Shown here in pieces: positions 55,226 through 64,000 of a stretch of DNA of 64,000 nucleotides. The stretch spans positions 64,234,001 through 64,298,000 of the forward strand of contig CM052816.1 in assembly GCA_028534125.1 (NCBI GenBank). Reading direction: 5' to 3'. Made by a program: the position numbers and the translations under genes. Source of the DNA: Lama glama (lineage: Eukaryota). The notes under the pieces were generated by a model. The model saw only the letters and a program-made list of their open reading frames with translations. It searched no databases and was not told the DNA's origin. Every line of letters starts with the position of its first letter. Within the stretch, counting starts at the first letter, position 1.

Positions 55226-55408
55226 TGGATATTATATTTATAATGGTCCTAAGAGGTTAACTATTTCTAGTTGAAAAATTTAATAAGGAATATTTAGAAG
55301 ACATTAAAGGATAATTCATTTAAACTTTCCTTTCTCTCCCCTCCAAAAAACCCTGTTTTCTGATTTTTATTCAGCAAGTAAAATTTTCTTCTAAAACCTT
55401 AAATTTTA

Positions 55409-55711
55409 TTTTTATTTATTTATTTTTAATTGAAGTATATTCAGTTACAATGTGTCAATTTCTGGTGTACAGCATAAAGTTTCAGTCATACATATACATA
55501 CATATACTCGTTTTCATATTCTTTTTGATTGTATGTTACTATAAGATATTGAATATAGTTCCCTGTACTATACAGAAGAAATGTGTTTTTTATCTATTTT
55601 TACATATAGTAGTTAATATTTGCACATCTCAAACTCCCAATTTATCCTTTCCCAACCCTCTTCCTCCTGGTAACCATAAGATTGTTTACTATGTCTGTGA
55701 GTCTGTTTCTG
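55409..55711 (-). mobile_element. Young 5'-truncated L1 3' UTR (~300 bp)
   Basis: T-rich tail, then 'ttgaagtatattcagttacaatgtgtcaatttctggtgtacagcat...ggtaaccataag..gtctgtgagtctgtttctg'. Imperfect TSD: aaaaccttaaatttta (55393-55408) / aaaaacttaaaatttta (55712-55728). Confidence 0.9.
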
Positions 55712-55859
55712 AAAAACTTAAAATTTTAAATTTTAAAATCTAATTAGTTTATTTGTGATTGCAAATTTTTTCCTTTAGACTATTTAAACCAAGCTAATTT
55801 GATTGAAGTTAAAATATGCTATTCCACTAATACAAACTAAAAAAATCTGGTACCTGACA

Positions 55860-55965
55860 CTGCCTTCTTACATTTGTACAGCATTTTGCAAGCTAAATAA
55901 AATGCTTCATTCACATTTGAATGAAAACATTTGATTCTCTCAATAATCCTTTAAGGTCAGGAGGG
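55860..55965 (-). mobile_element. MIR fragment
   Basis: 'ttacatttgtacagcattttgcaag...aatgcttcattcaca...catttgattctctcaataatcctttaagg'. Confidence 0.55.
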
Positions 55966-57139
55966 TTAAGTGTTATTAGGATAATTTTGCAAAAGAAGAT
56001 AAAGTGACAGAGACAAACAATATATCCAGGGCACACAGCTCCAAGTGGTGGAGGCACAGGATGAAGGCTGGCCTTCTGGTCCACGTTGCCCAAGATCATG
56101 TCTGCCTCCCAACACCAGACTGTTATCTGCTGATCTCAGTGTATGTGGTAGACTTGCAAAGAAGCACAAACTTTTACAATTTTTTCCTGTCTGTATCAAG
56201 CTATACACTGATTTAGAATGCCTAAAACAACACCTACCCCTCAAAAAAAGAGTAAAGCTAAGATATTCAAGTTGACAGCCCACTGCCCTCTCCCCCTAAG
56301 CACTGAGTAGAGTCATTTTCTTTACTCCATTGAATAATTTATAGAGAAATAAATTCTCTGAGAACACTTCAATATCAGATTACTAATGTAGTCAATGGCC
56401 TACTGTATCTTACTTATAAAACTTTGCTTACAAGGTCAAGGGAATAAAATGCCTTAACTTATAAATTAGAAGTTCTAAATCTTAATCTCTCTGAATACAT
56501 TTTTTAAAGCAGAATTTTTTAACCAAATGTTTTAATTTTTGAAATCCATTTTCTTTTAAGTTTTTTAAAATAATTATTTACTGAGTTATAACCACATGTC
56601 TAGCCCTGTGTTCACTTAATCAATTAAACCACTGATTTTTATCTTAACTCTGATACTGCTTAACTTAGTATTCAAAGTTGACACCCCGACAGATCCGTAT
56701 TTGTGTGCAGGTATGAAGGGAGAAAAAAAAATTAACACCCAGCAAAAGGTCTTTTTTGCAGTACACAAGGACTGCTCTTACTCCTTGCACAGCCTGCCGT
56801 TTGCCCTGCACTGAGCTGTTAGGCAGGGCAGTGCAGGGACACACCCCGTGCCTCCCCTACACCTGCGTCCCTCGACCAGGTAGGACTGCCTGTACAGAAG
56901 TTTCCTCAGCCCTGAGTAGTTATACCACCTCTCTGAAATGGTGTTGCCTTTATTAAAGAGTCATTCTGCTTACCTTATAGGCCATGAGAGCCTTGCTGGA
57001 GGGATGAGTCACATTATAAATGTACTCCCTCTGGTACTAATGTTTAGCACATCCCCAACTCATAAATGGGATTTTATGACTCCACGAAATGAGCACAAAA
57101 GGCTTTAACTTGCGCCCCATGACTGTACCCATGAATCAA

Positions 57140-57680
57140 GGCTAATTAAAGCCTCCTGATGGCACCCCACTATCACTGGAAGATCAAGTCCAACTTCTCA
57201 TCATGACACACAAGGTCCATCACAGTGTGGCCTGCGTCTACCATGTCCTCTCCTACCACCACCCTTCTCCAACACTTGATGCCAGCCATGGAAGCTGTGT
57301 AGAATCTGAATCACAAAAGGGAGATAACTATTTCCTACACACTTTTGCATGAGCTTTATCTACTGCCTAGAATGAGTTTTCAAACCCTCTCCTCTAACCA
57401 ACAACCTCTCCCCACTGTCCAAACAGTATCTGCCTGGCCAACTCCTCTGATTTCCCACCACTTGTTCCAAGTTTCCCTTCCTCTTCTGGAAGCCTTCACA
57501 AATCCCCAGGAAGAACTGATAACCTCTCCTCATAAACACTATTGAGAGGGTACTTAGTGCACCGTCAATCAAGTTACATGCCCTGAGGCCGTCTTACTTA
57601 ACACTCAGAGTTTCAAGAGGCCGAGAAGAGCTCTGACTCACCTTTGCATTCCCAGTACTCAACCAGCAAGGGAACAAATC
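57140..57680 (+). mobile_element. L2 LINE 3' part
   Basis: 'atcaagtccaacttctcatcatgacacacaaggtccatcacagtgtggcctgc', 'tcctcttctggaagccttc' and 'cacctttgcattcccagtactc'. Confidence 0.7.
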
Positions 57681-58479
57681 AAATAGTCAAAATGGAGGGT
57701 TGAGAACCAGTACTGCTCAGCAGCCCAGGGCTCAGCTCTCGCAGGGAACTCTTGCCATGCAAGGCTGCCCGGGCCCAAGCAGTCAGGTGCTGGCTGACTC
57801 CTTCATGATCAGCCCAGAGAAGACGCTGAATGGGCTCGCAGCCCAGGGAGTATGCCCAGAGACAAGGGCACACTTCCCCAAGGAAGAGCACTACAAGCAG
57901 GCTGTGCCAGGCAGATACGAGTGAGCAGCAAGTACTTCCACTGGCTAAAGAAGGAAAATTTCGTAATCATAAAAGCTTGCCTTCTGTCTCCTACATTCAA
58001 GTAGTAAATGGCTGCTTTGTCATAGAATTTAATCCAGCAGATCATGGACATCAAATAAAAAACTCCTTACCTAATATTAGTCAACCGGTCAACAGCTTCT
58101 CTATCCTATCCCTATAACTGGAACACTCCATAGATTTTGACTCTGCTTGCTTTTATTTTATTCATCATACAATAAAGTCGGTTACCTTGCTTTCAAGCTC
58201 CTACAGATTAAAAGCAGGAGATTTGAGAAAACAGTCTTACAAGGAAGAAGACAAAAAGGCCATTAAAAATAAATTTTTTTTAAAGGCAAAGGAACCCCGA
58301 AGTCCAGCAAACTGGACTATTTGGCCCTGTGTGTCGAGATGCTCAGTGCATTCAACCCAAAAGAGCACTGCTCAGATTCTTTAAGGCAAAAATCATCAGC
58401 TTCATGGGAATGCTGCCTACAAAATTATACACTTCTTAATATTCTGCCATAGCCAAAGTATAATTGTATTTAAAAAGAA

Positions 58480-58935
58480 GTATTAGCAATGCCACTCATA
58501 GAAATTTGCCCCCAAAATCAAAGTGTTCAAGATGAACACACCAATATGCTTAGTGTAGCACTGTTCACGATAGGGAAAAACTGAAAACTAAATATCTATT
58601 AAAAGGGCACTGAGAAATAGATTATAATCTATACATAAAATGGAACACAATTCAGCCATCTTAAAAGATCATATTCATAAACATGGGAAGATATCACAAC
58701 AGACTATTAAGTAAAAAAAGAAAGGTTGATAAATGACATGTGTTATATAACTTTACCCAGTTATACAAGAGTGCACATGTGTATATATGCAAGCCGATTA
58801 CCAAACTGTTGACAGTGATCATTCCTGTATTACCAAACCATTAACCACTAGTCTTGCTTCTTCAAATTTTTCTGTGTTATCTGAATTCTCTATAGAAACA
58901 CAGATCTTATACATGAGAAAAAATTACTTTTGAAA
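58480..58935 (+). mobile_element. L1ME-type LINE 3' fragment
   Basis: 'atgcttagtgtagcactgttcacgatagggaaaaactgaaaactaaatatcta', 'aatggaacac..cagccat' and 'taccaaactgttgacagtg'. Confidence 0.7.
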
Positions 58936-59144
58936 AATATGCTCCAGCATAGGCACATACATCTCAAACACTGTTTTAGAGGATAAAAGAAAAGGCAGAA
59001 AAAGGCAAACAGGTGCATGCATATAGCTAAGATGGATGCAACCACCATGCGTTCCATCTACAGTGATCAGCAAACAGCTATAAACTTACTACAACAAATT
59101 TATCAATACTAGAAAATGCAGTTCTGAAAGCTAGAATATTTATA

Positions 59145-59184
59145 CACATAGACACAAACACACACACACATACACACACACACA
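59145..59184. repeat. Interrupted (CA)n microsatellite
   Basis: Direct reading. Confidence 0.85.
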
Positions 59185-60490
59185 AGGATATCTTACATAT
59201 AGCTCCAACCACCCAAACAGTGTCAAACAGTTTCTTAATTCTATCTAGAAGTACTTCATAAAATTTTCAATGTTAAAACACAGTGGCATATCAATCACTG
59301 AGAGAATTAACAATCTTGAAGAAAAATATATGCAAATGGAGATGGCCCTAGAAAAGCCTGCTGGATAGCAAGAGGATTCCTGGCCTAAGAAGTTTTGAAA
59401 ATACGATTTTTGAGACTGCCCCAACTGACAATGCCCATTCACAAAAGTTTTATCATGTGTGGGGTCTCCAAAGCACGGGGCAAGGGGATGAAAAGAAACA
59501 TGAGGGCATAGGAATTTAGATTTTCACTCAGAAAAATATTTTGAAAAACAGAAAAGATACTACTTTGACGTAAGCTCAGGTTTAATAAGGAGGAAGGAAT
59601 AAGGTATCCGAAAATATATGAGCTAAAAAAAATACTGGTTTGTACACAATGCCAGTCACATTATTTCTGAGTTCTAATAATTTATCTCCTTATAAAAGGC
59701 ACAAGGATAAAGAAATGTTTATTATAGTAACCTTCTTAGTCAAAATGAACAGCCCTAGAGGGGGGAAAACTTAAAAAAAATAAATACGGTAAAGAATTCT
59801 GAACTGTCATACTCTCTTCATTATATGAGATGAGCTGCCCTGGAATTCTTCTGGGAAGGCAGGACATACTATAGGTAGACAGGGTGGTAGACAGGCTGGC
59901 CGAGAGAGAGTCAAGGAAAGGAGGTAGGAAATGAAGAAGAAGAAAGGGCTCTGTAGGGAATAAGATGGAAGGAAAAAGGAAGAAAAACTCAGTTCTGCCT
60001 CATACTGCAGATATCCTCAGGAAATGTCATTAATGGTACATTCTCATTACAGAAATTTTCCAGATTAGCTAAACATTTGCTTCTTTGGTTTCCAGATCCA
60101 AAACTATACACACCTTTTGTACATCAAAGCTAGTACATAGATGACATGTGGCTAAATTATTCTCAACTCTGCATGTTCGCATCAAAATACATCTGTGGCC
60201 TCCTATAACCTCTAATGACAACACTGACAAGTTGCACAGAAGACAACAGAGCATAAAGACAGAATGGATTTAAATGTCAAAATTGTATTCTGAAACTCTT
60301 CAGCTGGGTTTTTCCCCTCCACAAGAGCATTTCCAAACACATTTAGTCTTTGAATCACTGCACTTTTTCATTTCTCTATCTTCTGCATCAAGTTACAGAG
60401 TTCTTACAGCTCTAAGAGAAGCATACTTTCATTTTAGTACGGAAGTGTGGTACCACGACAAATCTCAGGTCAGGAGGGCCTTCCTCAAGA

Positions 60491-60535
60491 GAGGAGCCCG
60501 ACTAGGTGGGAGGAGCCCGACTAGGTGGGAGGAGC
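60491..60535. repeat. Perfect 19-bp tandem duplication (gaggagcccgactaggtgg)x2 plus a 7-bp partial copy
   Basis: Copies at 60491-60509 and 60510-60528, then gaggagc at 60529-60535. Confidence 0.95.
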
Positions 60536-60914
60536 TCTCCAGAGCAGGAGCCACACAGAGTGCCTCAGGGGCAGGAGAACAGATCAAGGTTTCACTGACA
60601 GATGGTAACTTTCACTGTCTTTTGTCTCTTCTCTCATTTCTTCCCCCCAAATGCGTTTGGGGACAAGTGTCCCAGTATGCCAAGATGCATTTCCAGATCT
60701 TCAAGTGACAAAGAATAAATACTGATCTAGAATGATTCAAAAGTTAAAAGCAGTCTTTTTGTGGACGGCAGAAACAAATTCAGAATTTCCCAGTTTGAAC
60801 TGTGAAATTCCTACTTCTATGTAAAACAGTATAGATTTCTATTTTAAGGTTTCCAAGTAGCAAAATACCCAAAGTCATAATTCTAACGCAAGAAAAATTA
60901 AAGCCTCTCAGTCA

Positions 60915-61110
60915 GTACACAGCAAAGCAGTTAAGTGCACAGAATTTTTTTAAGCCACTGTATAGGCTCCAATTCCACCTCTTTCATTTATCAACTGTGT
61001 GACATGGGCAAGTTACTTAATGTCTGTATGTTAGTTTTCTTACGTATATCTTAATTTAAATAAATTAATATATGCAAAGTTCTTAGAACAGTAATGTAGT
61101 ACTTACTGTA
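60915..61110 (+). mobile_element. MIR SINE
   Basis: 'gcagttaagtgcacaga...aactgtgtgacatgggcaagttacttaatgtctgtatgttagttttctta...atatgcaaagttcttagaacagt'. Confidence 0.8.
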
Positions 61111-61137
61111 ATAATAAGGACTCTTACTATTATTAAT

Positions 61138-61167
<30 letters not shown>
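61138..61167. repeat. (ATC)n trinucleotide microsatellite, about 10 units
   Basis: Direct reading. Confidence 0.95.
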
Positions 61168-61170
<3 letters not shown>

Positions 61171-63549
61171 GTTTGCTATGAGCACTTCAACTGAACCTCT
61201 CCTAGAACAAGAGTGTCGCCTCTAAAGCATTCCAAATATTTCCCAATTTGAAAAGACAGCATAAGTCCAAAATGTTTCTTGCATCTGAAAAAAAATTTTG
61301 GTATGTGGAGAACTTTTCAGCTAAGAGTGGTTTATCAAGGAGTTATACCCATCAAGTAAAGTTGTGAAATGTAAACTGTTCCTTTTTCCATCTTTCAAAA
61401 AGAAAAGGAAAAAGAAGAGATGATTTGGGAGCAAAGTTTTAAAGTGAGCTTTTCCCTCTTTCTACCTTTCGAAGAGAAGGAAAAGATGGTTTGGGAGATG
61501 CTTTTGTTTCATTTTGTTTTTCAAAGAAGAGCTTTGACAGACCATTAATTCAAACTATCTTAAATACCCTTGTAGAGTATTCAAAACACATGAAGTGCTT
61601 TTACCTTACAGTTTCAGAGTATAGACTGTTACAAGCACCCAATTAACTCAAAAAGCACTTTCCTATTACATAACTTTTACGTTTGAACCTCACAAGTGCT
61701 GTTTTACACTTTTTCTCTATTTCCTACATTTAAAATTTCATTATTTTTAATACTGCAGAGATCATAATTTAAAACATAATCATAAATTTCTCCAGCATGA
61801 GGTATAGAAGAACATGGAATGATCACAATCCTAGTTTTCAGGCAACTTACACAAATATGCTGTTTTGGGGGTAGCAGATTTATTCTACTTATTATTGACA
61901 TTAACCATATGCTGATTTGGGGAAAGCACAGATTCCTTCCAAAAGCAAATGGCCAGCTACTGCAGAAAGCTGTTCCAGATATAAGCAACTACCAGCGGAG
62001 AAGTATATTCTCAATAATCAGTACAAGCCCCTTTGAACTCTACGTAGGGCTCATTATCGATATCATAAATAAAACAATCAAGGCAAATGCTTCCTTAAAA
62101 AGAGTCTAAGCAACTAGAAATAAAGGGATCTGCCATAATCAAGCTGAATACAGGGCATGTGGCAAGAGCAATTGGGTAAAGTGCCTCAAAGGTAAATCAT
62201 AATTTTGTTGTGACATAAAAATATAAAAAAATCAGAGCTAGTAATGTTCTTTGAAAGAGTTAAGATATTCAAAGGTATAAATGAAAAACACTTTTAAAAT
62301 CCACACAAAGGGATTCTGAAACAGCAAAATCTACTAATCCACAAATTGCTGGATTATTCTTAAGTACACACATGTTTTGGACACTTCAGAATAACAAAAT
62401 ATATTCCTGATTAGCAACACTCAAGTTTCCAGCTGCCTTTACATTTGTTCACTTTGTCAAAGCCCTAATTCTACACCAAAGTCCTTTGTCTTACTCAGAC
62501 ACCAGCTCAGCTCACCTTACTGGAAAGGCTCTTCTGGTTTTGTCAGCTGTGCCTATGATAAGCAGCTGGGAAGTATGGAAAAACCATTAACTATTCACTG
62601 AAAGTGTGTGGACATGGAGTTTCACCATTTGTTGCAGAAGAGGCTATAAAAAAATGTAAACCCAAAAAGTGAAATTAAAAAGACTATTCATTGCTCCACA
62701 CCTGCTCAGAAAAAGCTTTACAATCACCAATCCATGTAAAATAGCCCCAGCTCAACTAAAGGAAGTATTAATTCTTGTTTAGACAGAGGGGGAAGAAAAG
62801 AAACCTACCGAGGCACAAAGGCAAAGGCAAAATCACTCGGAAGCACGAAGAGAAATGTCCACGGACGTACTGGGGATAAACTAAAGGTCTCTCAGAGGTC
62901 TGTGTTTCCCTAATGTAGTACTTTAAACAAACGGCAAACTGTGGGCAGATAGACATCAATCTGGAATGTAGGCAGGAGAGCTTTTCACAACTTCAAAGCG
63001 TAAAAATGTGTTCTCAATTAGTATGTAATATATGAAAGCCAAATGCAGACTAGGCCTCAAGTATTTCCCGTCTTTAACTTGAGATTTTTCCCATCTTTAG
63101 CAACCTTCAATTGCTGGGCCACAGTGCCACTGCTCCCATGACCTCCTATTCCTTACTTGTGCCCATCACTCCACGTGCTGTGGCTATCAGGAGGGCTCTC
63201 TTCTGAGTGTGAACGCAAAACCCCATCTCTGGAACTGTCAATAAATTATATCCATTTGGGCAGCAGAAGTCTGTGGTATAGACTGCTATCTGAAAGGCGG
63301 AGGTCCAGGTTGGCAGCTCCGCAAAAATCCCGGGGAAGTGGGCATGATCACTATGATTAGCAGGGTCATGTACCGCTCTCTGCCCGTGGGGCACAGGGGC
63401 TAAGAGCAGGCTCCCAAAAGAACCAAGATCCAGGTGGACTGTCAATGGTGGAGACAAGTATACTATTGGGCCTGGTTATGAGATACCGTATGTGCTGCAA
63501 ATAATATGTGCATTCATCACGAAACAATGAAGATGGAAAAGAGAATCAA

Positions 63550-63730
63550 CCCTGTTTAAGTGCCTGGGCACTGGCCTAAATACTAGACATGTATTATCTT
63601 AATTAATGCAACTGAGGATCAGAGAAGTTAAATAACTTGCCCAGGTAAAAAAGTCGTAAGCACTAGAATCAGAATCCAAACCCAGATCTCCCTAACTACA
63701 AAGCAAGTGTTCTTTCTACCAGATCATAAT
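63550..63730 (-). mobile_element. MIR SINE
   Basis: 'aactgaggatcagagaagttaaataacttgcccaggt...ctagaatcagaatccaaacccagatctccctaact.caaagc'. Confidence 0.85.
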
Positions 63731-64000
63731 GCCTTTTATTATCTTTCTCATCATCATGTTTTCCTGAAATAGTTAAGCTTCCACTATGGGCATCTATAAA
63801 CGTGGTTTAAAACTTAAAAGAGAACTGAGCATTTTCCTGACAACCTAGCAGTACACACTGGCTTGGAAAAACTCCTTTAAACACTAAAATTCTTCTGTTT
63901 TTACCACTTTTGATGAAAATCTTTCTCAAAATATGTAACTGCCTTCTTAAATAGAATATACCAAACACCACTAACCAGTAAATGTGTTGCACCATGTCCA

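Noticed and set aside
63146..63457. GC-richer patch with a 103-aa ORF as a possible processed pseudogene (similarly 57680-57930)
   Set aside because: No recognisable homology, poly(A) tail or TSD.
658..63995. The ~125 other 60-144 aa ORFs in the track
   Set aside because: No recognisable domains, many have non-ATG starts, and composition is that of random AT-rich DNA. The exceptions are L1 remnants.

Overview
Mammalian genomic DNA (AT-rich, CpG-depleted, rich in old interspersed repeats), not prokaryotic. The only supportable coding feature is a 357-nt internal exon on the minus strand (440..84, AG/GT flanked, phase 1-1). It encodes a SWIM zinc finger (CxC...CxH) and matches my recollection of ZSWIM6 exon 2. 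The remaining ~63.5 kb is the 3' part of the very long upstream intron (probably intron 1). It contains MIR, L2, L3/CR1, old L1M and MER DNA-transposon fossils, and a few young L1 insertions with target-site duplications (TSDs). The style of the young L1 3' ends, and the lack of recognisable Alu, B1/B2, Bov-tA/BovB, PRE-1, CAN or ERE SINEs, suggests a camelid (inference). The two most unusual items are a ~355-bp TSD-flanked L1 made only of the extreme 5' end fused to the 3' UTR at an apparent splice acceptor, and a small intronic CpG island built from repeated GC-box + TGACTGACA modules ending in a perfect CRE. Repeat family names come from recalled consensus sequences and boundaries are approximate. 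I found no evidence for a new multi-gene system, and almost all ORFs in the supplied track are noise.
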